Shown here: piece after piece, positions 18,250-27,784 of the stretch
Position numbering within the stretch: the first letter of the stretch is position 1
Layout: every line of letters starts with the position of its first letter
IMG/VR virus record: IMGVR_UViG_3300014887_000003
Strand: one strand, 5' to 3'
DNA: 48,796 nucleotides
Origin: a virus
Position numbers and translations under genes: made by a program
The notes under the pieces: model-generated
What the model was told of the DNA's origin: nothing
The model's database searches: none
Seen by the model: only the letters and a program-made list of their open reading frames with translations

Positions 18250-19329
18250 TTGGAGATTGATTGGTCAGGGAAACACATTCTACAAAAAAGCTTCCCCGTT
18301 GTTGGGGAAGCTAAAGTGTACATGAGAAGAAATGAAAACATGGGTAAGTGCTTACTTAAGAATGGTTTCATAACACCAAACATGCCTAAGCTTGGGTATG
18401 CCGTTGACTTCAGGTACGACGGAGAAACAGTAATAATGATGAACAGGCTTACTTCGGAAGCAGAAAAATTCGATTACGCTCATGTTTTCGAGAAGAGAGA
18501 TGGCTTTAATTGTTTGTTCTATTTGTACAGGAACAGAGTAATTCCAAAAACTCGATTAGCTCCAATAGCTTCAGGGAAAATAATACAGATAATCAAGCTG
18601 TCAGAATTTCCGATGAAAAACGTTGAGGAAATGGTCAAAGACGATTACATTCCTGTCTTTGAAATCTGGGGTACAAAACTGCTGGAGTACAACATACAGT
18701 TTGGCTGCGTTGATGTCAAAAAAGTTCAGGAGCTCGAAGGTCTTCCAGAGTTGAATGTTGACTTGATCGCTGTAATGCAGGCTGATTATAAAAATTACAA
18801 CTATACATTTCTGCCACCAGATCAGATTTTCAAGTTAGCAAGAGATTACAATCTAAATCCAGTGAAGTATCATGGAACTATTGAACTAACATACAACAAT
18901 GTCACAAAGATCATGGAGGAAGTTGAGGAGCAGAACAAAGACGGAATAATTTCTGAGGGCAGAGTTTTACATTGCTACAACGGGCAGTACAAAATGTTCA
19001 AAGTTAAACCATTTGACATAATGACCAAGGATGTTTCAGCAACGTCTAAAATAATTTCACCAAACAGAATTGTTGCAGAGTTACAAAAGATACTACTAGA
19101 AACTGATGTTCTAGAGATAACAAGGAATCCTGATTGCTACATTAAACAGCTAATAGATTATCTCTCAGAAGACTACAAACTGAATAAAAAATCAAAGAAA
19201 TTCATAATGAAAATCTTTGTTCAAGAGATAGCAAGGGAATTCGTCCAGAGATACAAAGATGTCAAAGAGCCTTGGAAACTAGGCGTCCATAAAATGTTCT
19301 TAGGTCAAATAATGGCTCTACTAAGGTGA
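18250..19329 (+). CDS. ATP-dependent RNA ligase-like nucleotidyltransferase
   Basis: Motif I EKRDGFN (KxDG), III VFEIWG, IIIa DLIAV, IV SEGRV, V MFKVK; no OB-fold C-terminus typical of DNA ligases. Confidence 0.8.
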   Translation: MEIDWSGKHILQKSFPVVGEAKVYMRRNENMGKCLLKNGFITPNMPKLGYAVDFRYDGETVIMMNRLTSEAEKFDYAHVFEKRDGFNCLFYLYRNRVIPKTRLAPIASGKIIQIIKLSEFPMKNVEEMVKDDYIPVFEIWGTKLLEYNIQFGCVDVKKVQELEGLPELNVDLIAVMQADYKNYNYTFLPPDQIFKLARDYNLNPVKYHGTIELTYNNVTKIMEEVEEQNKDGIISEGRVLHCYNGQYKMFKVKPFDIMTKDVSATSKIISPNRIVAELQKILLETDVLEITRNPDCYIKQLIDYLSEDYKLNKKSKKFIMKIFVQEIAREFVQRYKDVKEPWKLGVHKMFLGQIMALLR

Positions 19330-20115
19330 ATGGAAATGGAGGCAAAGATGCTTATGAACTTGGACTTTTGTTTTAAGCCAGTTCTTAGGAAGAATGGAGA
19401 AGAGAAACAGTACGGCCCTCGGTTTTCTATATTTATTAAACCACCAACAGACAAGTGGTGGAAACTTAGTCCCCCCGATAAAGAGTACCAATGGGATCCA
19501 GAGCTGGACGGCGAGTGGGAGTGGGGCTACAAGTGCGTAATATGCGGCAAGTTCTTCAAGTTGCTTGACCACAGGGCTAAGCAGCATTTCAAGTGTTTTG
19601 CAGAGGCGTTCGGTGAGGTTTCAGGAATGAACGAAATGCGAAGACTAAGAATTGCAGTACACAGCAAAGCGGGGAACAACGCAATAATGCCAGCATTACA
19701 GGCAGCAGGCATACAGATAAGGCCGGTCAGCGAGATCAAAAAAGAGATGATCAAGCATGCAGAGACGCACAAGCACGAGATCGAGCGCAGGTACAGGCAG
19801 TGGCTTACTGAGCAATTCAAGCAGTACATGGACACCATAGTAAGGGAGTGGAACACCAAGAACGAGGACGAGTTCATGGTTTATCCAATGGAAGTTCCAA
19901 GGAGCAGATGCATTCGAACTAGTGATGCAGTCATCTTTAAGAATGCATGGAGAGTATATACAGTCATTTTCAAAGGCGATGTTGAGGTGCGAGAAAGGCA
20001 TGACTCGTTTGTGACTTATTGTTACATCTCATTGAAGAATAAGCGGCTGAAAAATATTAGAATGAGCAAAAGCGGCAAATCGTTTATAGTAGTGCTCAAA
20101 CAATTAAACTTCTAA
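19330..20115 (+). CDS. Hypothetical protein with Zn-finger-like motif
   Basis: YKCVICGKFF..H...HFKC. Confidence 0.7.
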   Translation: MEMEAKMLMNLDFCFKPVLRKNGEEKQYGPRFSIFIKPPTDKWWKLSPPDKEYQWDPELDGEWEWGYKCVICGKFFKLLDHRAKQHFKCFAEAFGEVSGMNEMRRLRIAVHSKAGNNAIMPALQAAGIQIRPVSEIKKEMIKHAETHKHEIERRYRQWLTEQFKQYMDTIVREWNTKNEDEFMVYPMEVPRSRCIRTSDAVIFKNAWRVYTVIFKGDVEVRERHDSFVTYCYISLKNKRLKNIRMSKSGKSFIVVLKQLNF

Positions 20116-20136
20116 ATTTTTTTTGGAGGTGGGATT

Positions 20137-20502
20137 ATGCCTACAAAACTTTATACGGAAGACGAAGTATTCGTTTCAGTAGACGAATTGGAAGAGATAG
20201 CCACAATACCAGAAAAACGATTAGAACTTATTGACAAATTGTGGATTGCATGTGACAATTACTACAATGCCTTCAAGATCAAAAATCCCAAGGCAGTAGT
20301 AAGCATATCCATCGCAAACTTAATTCACGAAGTCGTCAGAAGTCGGGAATTACCAGTATATGACGCTATTGCAAAGCTAATAGATAAACTACAACTGAAA
20401 ATAAAATCCATAAACGAACTGTATACTACTGACATTGATAGAGCACTAGAAGAGCAGGAAAAGCTACGCAAGGTTCTAGAAGATTTAGTACATTCCCTAT
20501 AA
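20137..20502 (+). CDS. Hypothetical protein
   Basis: T-tract + GGAGGTG upstream. Confidence 0.75.
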   Translation: MPTKLYTEDEVFVSVDELEEIATIPEKRLELIDKLWIACDNYYNAFKIKNPKAVVSISIANLIHEVVRSRELPVYDAIAKLIDKLQLKIKSINELYTTDIDRALEEQEKLRKVLEDLVHSL

Positions 20503-20521
20503 TTTTTTTTGGAGGTGAATT

Positions 20522-20797
20522 ATGGATATTGGTGAGTTTATTACAAAAGCAAATAGAATACTAAACGAACTTTTCGGTAGGAAAGTGTATCTAAAAGAAC
20601 TTGAACATGTTGTACGTATACACGTAAGGCATGGTAGTACATACTTGCCCGAATTCGTACTTAATCCCACAGTAAAAGCACTAGCAGAAGTAGGGCTGGA
20701 ATTCGAAGCTGTTAGGTACGATGCAGACTATGACTGCATGGAACTTGTATTCTGCGTTCCTAAAGAAAGGATAAAGAAGATTTTAGAGACTATATAA
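20522..20797 (+). CDS. Hypothetical protein
   Basis: T-tract + GGAGGTG upstream. Confidence 0.75.
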   Translation: MDIGEFITKANRILNELFGRKVYLKELEHVVRIHVRHGSTYLPEFVLNPTVKALAEVGLEFEAVRYDADYDCMELVFCVPKERIKKILETI

Positions 20798-20959
20798 TTC
20801 TGTAATTTTTTTAATTTTTTTGTAAATGGTGAGGGAAAAGCCATCGATGTCCTTGGAAGATTGGTTACTGTACCAGATAGTTTTACCAAAGATAACGGGC
20901 AAGCATCCGCTGCTACACGGGGAGTAAGCTAAGGTTTAAATTTTTTTGGAGGTGTTAGC

Positions 20960-21406
20960 GTGAATGAGTATGAAGCATGTAGAAAGTGGTTAAGATGTGA
21001 TTTTAGTAGCATACCAACAGGTCTTCTGGAAAAAGCCTACGGCCCGACATTTGATGACATTATAATCTTAGCACCAACATTAGACGATTATAAAAAAGAG
21101 TACATAGACGATGGAAACTGCGATGGAGACTGCGAGTCTTGTACTTACAGAGAATGTGAAGACAGCTACTATGAAGATGTACCAAAGATTCCAAGTTGGG
21201 GTTGGGTATTTGTACCTAGGGAGGGTCTTGATGCTCGGTGGATACGCAATAATGCAAGAGATATTTACAATAAGTGCGGGATCATTGTCTACGAAACAGA
21301 CGAGATCGGAGTTTTCTTAGGCATAAATGGGGCAGGGTACGATTTCTACAAGGTTCATTGGTTACCGTTGTACAGGTTAAGAGGATTAAAGTGGCATGAG
21401 GGTTAG
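20960..21406 (+). CDS. Hypothetical protein (GINGAGYDFY..HW.PLY motif, recalled from mobile-element proteins)
   Basis: GGAGGTG RBS; CDGDCESC motif; conserved-looking C-terminal motif. Confidence 0.75.
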   Translation: MNEYEACRKWLRCDFSSIPTGLLEKAYGPTFDDIIILAPTLDDYKKEYIDDGNCDGDCESCTYRECEDSYYEDVPKIPSWGWVFVPREGLDARWIRNNARDIYNKCGIIVYETDEIGVFLGINGAGYDFYKVHWLPLYRLRGLKWHEG

Positions 21407-21548
21407 AAAACACAAACTGCCATAATAACTCTTTATTTTTTGGAGGGATGTGTGGGCGATATGAGACACTTAGCTGTCCAAGTCGTTTGAACTTGACTTC
21501 AGACTTAAATTTTTAATTTTTTGGGGGAATTTGGAGGTGGTGTTGTTG

Positions 21549-21824
21549 GTGAAGGTTTTGAAGTTTTTTAAAGGAAAGAAGGGCGATTTTATATCAAGGT
21601 ACGATGATGGAAGGATAAAGGCAGATATGGTGAGGGATGTACCAAAGGACTTTGCTTTCGTAGTCGTTGATGTAGAGGTCGAATCAATTAAGGCATTGCT
21701 TGGTGAAGTGGCAAAAGAGTTCGACTCCTTTTACATCAAGACAGAGAACGGTAAGATCATTGAAGCCTACGGAATGCACGGAATAATCCCGCACGACGAT
21801 AAACCAGTCTATAAGATTTTATAA
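21549..21824 (+). CDS. TRAM-like N-terminus protein (paralogue of 21863-22525)
   Basis: GTG start after GGAGGTGG; VLKFFKGKKGD N-terminus; 35 nt identical to the next gene. Confidence 0.7.
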   Translation: MKVLKFFKGKKGDFISRYDDGRIKADMVRDVPKDFAFVVVDVEVESIKALLGEVAKEFDSFYIKTENGKIIEAYGMHGIIPHDDKPVYKIL

Positions 21825-21862
21825 CTTTTTTTGGGGAAATTTAGGATTTAAGAGGTGGTGTT

Positions 21863-22525
21863 ATGAGGGTTTTGAAGTTTTTTAAAGGAAAGAAGGGCGA
21901 TTACATTTCTAAATGGAGCGACGGTAGGATCGTTATCCCTACCAGACCTGTAAGCGAGGGTAAGTATATCTGCAAAATCGTAAGATATGCTCGCAGATAC
22001 GTTCTCGTGGAGCCGGTTCAGCCGGCTCACGATTATCTCGAAGTCTGCAACGGTCTAATAAGAATTACAATATATTACGATGAAAAAGTGCACGGGGACT
22101 ACATTGACATCTACGACGTATTTGGGCGAGGGATGAAACTGTATTTTACTACAAAAGCTGTTAGAGGTTTCATTGATTTCGACAGTAACAGAAGGACTGC
22201 AGTGTTCGCATTTCTGGCGATGCTAGGCCTGAAAGAGGCAGAGAAGGAATTCGATAAACAAGTAGTTCAAGTGTACAGGGGTGTAGGAGCTATTCACACA
22301 ATATTCCAGAGAGACTATGCGCTAAAAGCCTTTGGATCATCAGTTACTGCAGAGGAAGCCAGAGAGATACTGCACAGCAATTCAACGGAAAATGAAGTTC
22401 TTAAGGAGCAACTGAACGAGATCTTAAGAGAGGCAGAGGTTAGCAGAGACGATACGAACGAGCTAATCAACTTCGCGGCCAAAATAAAAGGTATCCAGAA
22501 CTTATTTAGTTCTGGAGGGTTATGA
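21863..22525 (+). CDS. TRAM-like domain protein
   Basis: GKKGDYISKWSDGRIVIP..SEGKYICKIVRYARRYVLVEPV. Confidence 0.65.
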   Translation: MRVLKFFKGKKGDYISKWSDGRIVIPTRPVSEGKYICKIVRYARRYVLVEPVQPAHDYLEVCNGLIRITIYYDEKVHGDYIDIYDVFGRGMKLYFTTKAVRGFIDFDSNRRTAVFAFLAMLGLKEAEKEFDKQVVQVYRGVGAIHTIFQRDYALKAFGSSVTAEEAREILHSNSTENEVLKEQLNEILREAEVSRDDTNELINFAAKIKGIQNLFSSGGL

Positions 22526-24306
22526 AGACCCTAATAATATGTGAAAAAGATCCGGCTGCTGAGAAATTCGCTGAATTCCTTAATGCCGATCCCAGAAACG
22601 GGTTTTGGGAGTCTCCCGATTACTACATTGTTGCCGCAAGAGGACACCTTATTGGTACAACTCTTAAAGGCCTTAGAGGCTGGAATCTTCCTATTTTCGG
22701 CTTTCGCTGGTACGTTCCAAAAAGCAGCCTTGAGAAGCTTGAACTTATACGGCAGCTTTATACAAACTCTTCAAACGTACTCATAGCGACGGACTGGGAC
22801 AGGGAAGGGGAAGTAATAGGCGAGAGAATAGTTGCTTATCTGACCGGCAAACTCAACAAATATTGCTTGCCGGACAGGATCTATTTCTCAGCTCTAACAA
22901 AAACAGAGGTCTTACGAGCCCTAAACAATGTAATGTGTATGAATGAAACCTTGCTTGCACAGGGTCACGCCAGAAACTACGCCGATACCGTAATTGGGCT
23001 TAACTTAACCAAGTTACTTACAAAAATATACAAGATTGACTTGGGTTACAACGAGCTCTCACAAGCCCTTAGTATGGGAAGAGTTCAATCTCCAGTCCTT
23101 TCCTACATAATTAAGAGTACGAGTGTTAGATTCAGGCTGGACAGTAAAATCGAAAATTTTGAGCACGAGACTGTCAGGACGTTCATCCACACGGATGAAT
23201 GTGATATTGAGGTCGAGGGCGTTACGATTCCCCAAGATGTCTCGGAAGTTGAACTAGAGGGGTATGAAGACGAGGAGTTCGAGCAAGAACAAGCAGTTCA
23301 CCTACCAAATACAGACGATGCTTTTTGGGAGATTCATCTAGATCCACACATAACCATGGAGATCATGGAATCTCTGTACCTAAGAGGTTTCATAACCTAT
23401 CCACGTACTAGATCTACCAGTGCTCCCGATTATGTGCTTAAAGAGCTCGAAGATACGCTGCGCCAGTACGACTTGCTCCAGTCACCTAACTTTACACATT
23501 CAAATGTTGTGAGTGGCACTTCCGAGGCCGGAAAACTACCGCTTTTACCCACTCCAGAGGGGATCAAGGCATACGCTGACGGCCTTTTAAGCAAGAGAGA
23601 CCTAGTTGTTTTCACGTGGCTTCTTGCTAGGGTTAACAAAGCGTTTGCTCCACCACTGAAAATTAAGAGGAAATATGCGATTATTAAATACAACCTCCAA
23701 GGAAATCAGTTTACGGAGAAAATTGCGTGGGGAGAAGATATCGAGAATCCCGACGATGTGGTTGGCGGTGTACTGCTCAGTACGTTACCCGAAGTCCAAC
23801 CCGGAAAGTACCCAATAGTGAGAATTAAAATAAAGAAGAAGACTGCGGACGTCACTGGTGGTAGCAAAAACGAGTTCTACAGACTTGACGATAAGGACAT
23901 TGTCTCGTGGATGTCACTGGAAAAATTAGGCACCGAGGCGACGAGGCAAATTTACGCACCACTGCTAAGGGAGCGAAAATACATAGACGAGGCAAACCTA
24001 CCAACACAGGTTGGTGAGGTAGTTTCCAAGTTAATTACAAAGATTGGGCTAGATACAACACTAACAGTTGAAATGGAATCGAGAATTGAGAACGTTTCAA
24101 GTTTAAGCGATTTGTCAGGCTTCACGCAGTGGGTTAATGATGTGACTACAGAGCTTATTAACAGGGTTCAAAACGTCGATGTATCGGAAATAGATGTTTT
24201 TAAGTGCCCTAAAGGGCACAAAGCACAGCTTGTAAACAGATTTTGGAACGGAAAACAAGTTTTACTGCTAAAATGTGGTGTGTGTAATAAGCTATATCCG
24301 ATTTAG
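22522..24306 (+). CDS. topA: Type IA DNA topoisomerase
   Basis: TOPRIM LIICEK, ATDWDREGE, GRVQSP, active-site ITYPRT, LGTEATR, C-terminal Zn ribbon. Confidence 0.93.
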   Translation: MKTLIICEKDPAAEKFAEFLNADPRNGFWESPDYYIVAARGHLIGTTLKGLRGWNLPIFGFRWYVPKSSLEKLELIRQLYTNSSNVLIATDWDREGEVIGERIVAYLTGKLNKYCLPDRIYFSALTKTEVLRALNNVMCMNETLLAQGHARNYADTVIGLNLTKLLTKIYKIDLGYNELSQALSMGRVQSPVLSYIIKSTSVRFRLDSKIENFEHETVRTFIHTDECDIEVEGVTIPQDVSEVELEGYEDEEFEQEQAVHLPNTDDAFWEIHLDPHITMEIMESLYLRGFITYPRTRSTSAPDYVLKELEDTLRQYDLLQSPNFTHSNVVSGTSEAGKLPLLPTPEGIKAYADGLLSKRDLVVFTWLLARVNKAFAPPLKIKRKYAIIKYNLQGNQFTEKIAWGEDIENPDDVVGGVLLSTLPEVQPGKYPIVRIKIKKKTADVTGGSKNEFYRLDDKDIVSWMSLEKLGTEATRQIYAPLLRERKYIDEANLPTQVGEVVSKLITKIGLDTTLTVEMESRIENVSSLSDLSGFTQWVNDVTTELINRVQNVDVSEIDVFKCPKGHKAQLVNRFWNGKQVLLLKCGVCNKLYPI

Positions 24307-25108
24307 AATTTTATTCGGGGTGATGGTTTTGAATTGGGAGGATTTTGTTAAGACCCGACCAGAATTTAGGAAACTTAAAGAGTGTATTTCCTGTTACCGT
24401 ACCTTAAAGGAGATTTTTGATGAAGATGGGGCTGATGGAATTACTGAAGGTATATGGACTGACAAGGGGTTTGTATGTCATAGTTGCTTGATTTACGATG
24501 AAGAAAACCCGATAGGATTTGTTACACTGTATAAAAATGGAGAAGAGCTATGCGGCAGTTTCGGATGCTACACATACTTTACTGAAGATGATGAACTCGA
24601 TGATCTAATACAGGAGCTCATGAACGCGACCCGCTGGGTTAGCACATCACCTTGGAGAGGGTACTACGAAATCGACCGCAAGAAGCTAAAAGAGTGGGCT
24701 GTACTCCACTCCGATTGCGCACTAATCGGGTCAAGGGATGCTTCGTACTTGGAGGAGTTCGATGAGAGGTTCCATAAGTTCTTGGACGTTCTTGAAGTCG
24801 CGCACGCAAGGGTAATACTGAGGACGTCAAACGTATTCTCAGCAGGTTACGAGCTTTTGGTAAGAAAAGACGACCTGAAAGACGTTCAGAAGTACATAAA
24901 GATTGTATCAAAATTGGTAGAACTGAAGTATCATTACAGAGATCCAATAAGATTCACGCTCACGGCGCTGACAGGAAAGGATCATTTCGATGACAGGGAT
25001 TACCTCCTACTCAGCGTCTGGGAGAGGGTCAAAAACGGTGAGGGCGTAGAGGATATTCTACATAGTATAGAGGGGGTCGTCGGTGTCAAAAAGAAGGCAA
25101 AAACATGA
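24275..25108 (+). CDS. Hypothetical protein (CxxC motifs)
   Basis: CISC and CHSC; true start probably near 24320 after GGGGTG. Confidence 0.7.
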   Translation: MVCVISYIRFRILFGVMVLNWEDFVKTRPEFRKLKECISCYRTLKEIFDEDGADGITEGIWTDKGFVCHSCLIYDEENPIGFVTLYKNGEELCGSFGCYTYFTEDDELDDLIQELMNATRWVSTSPWRGYYEIDRKKLKEWAVLHSDCALIGSRDASYLEEFDERFHKFLDVLEVAHARVILRTSNVFSAGYELLVRKDDLKDVQKYIKIVSKLVELKYHYRDPIRFTLTALTGKDHFDDRDYLLLSVWERVKNGEGVEDILHSIEGVVGVKKKAKT

Positions 25109-25490
25109 TATTTACTTCAAAGCACTAGCGTACGGCTTGTTTGCTCCAACAGTCGTTGATAAACGATGGATGCAGATCCCAGAGTATCTTAATAACCTAG
25201 CAAAATGCCACAGAATACTAAACTCCCTGCAGTGTGTCAACGATAAAATTGCCACCGAGTTTGATGCACTTGTATTTCTTCATACGGCATCGCTATGTGT
25301 GCCTTTCAACACGACGTGGTTCAACATCTACATTTATCTGTTCAGAAAGTTTTTTCCACAACACGCGAAAGTTATCGATCTGCCAAAAGTTGAAAGTCTA
25401 GACACATACGAGGTTGCGAAACTTACCGATCTCAGAAGGTGGATATTCAAACAACAAATGAAAAATTTGAAGCAAAGAAAACTAGTCTAA
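25083..25490 (+). CDS. Hypothetical protein
   Basis: 135-aa ORF overlapping the upstream gene end. Confidence 0.65.
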   Translation: MSKRRQKHDIYFKALAYGLFAPTVVDKRWMQIPEYLNNLAKCHRILNSLQCVNDKIATEFDALVFLHTASLCVPFNTTWFNIYIYLFRKFFPQHAKVIDLPKVESLDTYEVAKLTDLRRWIFKQQMKNLKQRKLV

Positions 25491-25904
25491 CAGTCTCTTA
25501 AAGAAGTCGTGCTCTTTCATGTAATCCGGTACTTCCCTTCTGTAATCCCCTTCAACAAACTCAAATCGATCTATATTATCCTCGACGACCATGACCGCTG
25601 CTTGTCCAAGGTCTTTTCCTATTTCTCTTGCAAGATTCCTAACGAAGTCTCTCGCTCTTTCGAGTTCACTTTCGGATTTCGAGGAGGCGTCAAATGCAGA
25701 CAGTAGCATAAGATTTTCTTCACATACTAGTTGGTCTCGTTCCCTATCAAACCAGCAACCCAGAATAGATGGATTGACAGTAACACCACCGAAATACTCC
25801 GCCATCTTCTTCGCATACGTCGCCAGAACGTCGCTATCGATTCTCTCACGATCGTTCGAATACTTTGGGACTATAATTTTGAACTCCTTATCAAACCTTC
25901 CCAT
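25482..25904 (-). CDS. Hypothetical protein (GG.T....G.W...EE motif)
   Basis: 140-aa ORF, YFGGVTV..GCWFD..CEEN. Confidence 0.7.
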   Translation of the reverse strand: MGRFDKEFKIIVPKYSNDRERIDSDVLATYAKKMAEYFGGVTVNPSILGCWFDRERDQLVCEENLMLLSAFDASSKSESELERARDFVRNLAREIGKDLGQAAVMVVEDNIDRFEFVEGDYRREVPDYMKEHDFFKRLLD

Positions 25905-25957
25905 GTTTCATAAATCTCATAAGACTTTAAAAAGATAATGCAAAAGAGGGATGTAGA

Positions 25958-26227
25958 GTGGCTAGAATCGTTGACGTAGATCTGGGTGAATTCGAGTTCA
26001 TACACGAAATGACCAGTAAACCCGCTAGAACTGGTGAGGTAATCGATTCGTGCAGAGACTGCCCACACGCCCTTATAGTTGACGGAGATAATGTAGAGGG
26101 TGGGGAGATTCTGTTCTGTAAGAAGTTCTTCGACTTCCCCGTGAGGAGAATCAAGGTTGTGTTCATTCCAGATAGAATTAGAATAAAATATACCGAGAAA
26201 AGGTACTGCAAAAAGCATACACACTAA
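25958..26227 (+). CDS. Small Cys-containing protein
   Basis: CRDCPH..C motif. Confidence 0.6.
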   Translation: MARIVDVDLGEFEFIHEMTSKPARTGEVIDSCRDCPHALIVDGDNVEGGEILFCKKFFDFPVRRIKVVFIPDRIRIKYTEKRYCKKHTH

Positions 26228-26374
26228 AAGATTTAGTTCGCTCTGGTCGACCTTAAACCTACCAAAAAAGTTTCAGGTTTTTCGGAACTGACGTTAATAT
26301 AAAATTTTGTGATATTTTTTAGGAATTGATTTTGGATTTTTATGAATTATCCGTAAAATAATTGGGTAAAAAGT

Positions 26375-26409
26375 TTCAGGGTAGGAACCGGGATTCGATC
26401 CCGGCTGAA
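26375..26409 (+). other. T-arm-like minihelix
   Basis: TTCAG/CTGAA outer stem enclosing CCGGGA-TTCGA-TCCCGG, at the start of a new transcription unit. Confidence 0.45.
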
Positions 26410-26434
26410 GAAAATAAATTTTTGGAGGTGGAAA

Positions 26435-26806
26435 ATGAAGGTGGTTGGAGTTAAAAGCGTAATTAGGGGCAAGGACGGCAGGGTAGTGGGCTACAGTCTG
26501 AAAATAGGAAAGGAACTTGACGAAGAGATCGTCGAAAGGCTTGCCAGAGGTGAAAAATTGGCCAAAGTCGTATACGATCCATTCGATCCCTACTTAGAGC
26601 ACCTTAGGAAGAACGGAATACTCCACAAAGTGTTTGAGATCAACGGTACAAGAGCTGCTATGGTGAAAATTGACGAGAACTTCAAGCGTTTTGATGGTCT
26701 AGCTGGTCTGGGAGAGATTTTCTTAAAGCTAGATGGGGAAGATCTAAATTTGGCTATTGAGACTTTTGTAGAGGCTGAAGTAGATTTGATTTTTGGAGGA
26801 TCATGA
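26435..26806 (+). CDS. Hypothetical protein
   Basis: T-tract + GGAGGTGG RBS. Confidence 0.75.
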   Translation: MKVVGVKSVIRGKDGRVVGYSLKIGKELDEEIVERLARGEKLAKVVYDPFDPYLEHLRKNGILHKVFEINGTRAAMVKIDENFKRFDGLAGLGEIFLKLDGEDLNLAIETFVEAEVDLIFGGS

Positions 26807-26827
26807 TAAACTGGAAGGGGGGATGGT

Positions 26828-27220
26828 ATGGAGTTTGTAGAGTTTATTGTTAAAAAAATTAGAAATACAGACTTTGATGACGGATATATAGTACAGCAAA
26901 TCCTTTGCGATGTTAATCAACTAACACCTAAAACTGCAAAGCGCTATGTCACCGAGTTTTCACCATCAAAACTAGGTAGACTTGGATGCCTTGGACTTAG
27001 AAAGTTAGCAATTATAAAGAGAGATCATCCAGAGATTTGGAACCAGTGGCTACAAGAGTATGAGCAAATGAAACACGGTAAACAAGGAGTCATTGCTGAT
27101 GAGGATTTACAAGAGGCTAAAGAACAAGATATAGCATTCCAGCACCTCAAGAAGGCAGTTGAACTCGTTGGGATTAATAAAGTCGAGTTATGGCTGCAAA
27201 AGTTTAAACAAGACAGTTAA
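26828..27220 (+). CDS. Hypothetical protein
   Basis: 130-aa ORF in operon. Confidence 0.7.
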   Translation: MEFVEFIVKKIRNTDFDDGYIVQQILCDVNQLTPKTAKRYVTEFSPSKLGRLGCLGLRKLAIIKRDHPEIWNQWLQEYEQMKHGKQGVIADEDLQEAKEQDIAFQHLKKAVELVGINKVELWLQKFKQDS

Positions 27221-27421
27221 TTTTTATGGAGAGGGGTTTGATGAAAGAAGAGATACATACAACCGTCAGATTATCTCAGCTAAAACCATGCAGATACCGC
27301 TATGGAATAACAATTGCAGGGCAACCAGCAATTAAATGCAAAAAGTTTGGTTATGTTTTTTTCATTGAGTCTATTTTGGAGATATGTGGAGGTTGTTAAG
27401 GTCGAGAGGGGGTGATGGGGT

Positions 27422-27784
27422 TTGGCGCACATTCGTAAATACACTCGCTTGGAGGTTGAGGTAGGCTCTTTTGGATTGAGCCCAGACGTAGTTCAGAGGG
27501 CTATTAGCGATGCCATAAAGTACCACTACACCTGCTACTTAGATTACACAAATCTGAGGATTGTTGACATAAAAGACAACGTAATTACTCTGGAGAAGGT
27601 CGGTAAGGTTACAGATGAGGAGTTTGCAAAGGTACAAGAAGTTGCAGAGAATATAGAGGAGAAACTACAGGACTTAGCTAAACTCAAGAGAAACTTGGAT
27701 TTAATTATCCCATCACCGGCAAGAGACGTATTCGAAAAACATCACGGAGGTGACGCAAGTGGAGGTTGCAAGCCCAATAATTAA
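27422..27784 (+). CDS. Hypothetical protein
   Basis: ORF with GGGGGTGA RBS upstream of the AAA gene. Confidence 0.65.
   Translation: MAHIRKYTRLEVEVGSFGLSPDVVQRAISDAIKYHYTCYLDYTNLRIVDIKDNVITLEKVGKVTDEEFAKVQEVAENIEEKLQDLAKLKRNLDLIIPSPARDVFEKHHGGDASGGCKPNN

Noticed and set aside
22522-24306. Reverse gyrase
   Set aside because: No N-terminal helicase domain; the length fits a stand-alone TopoIA.
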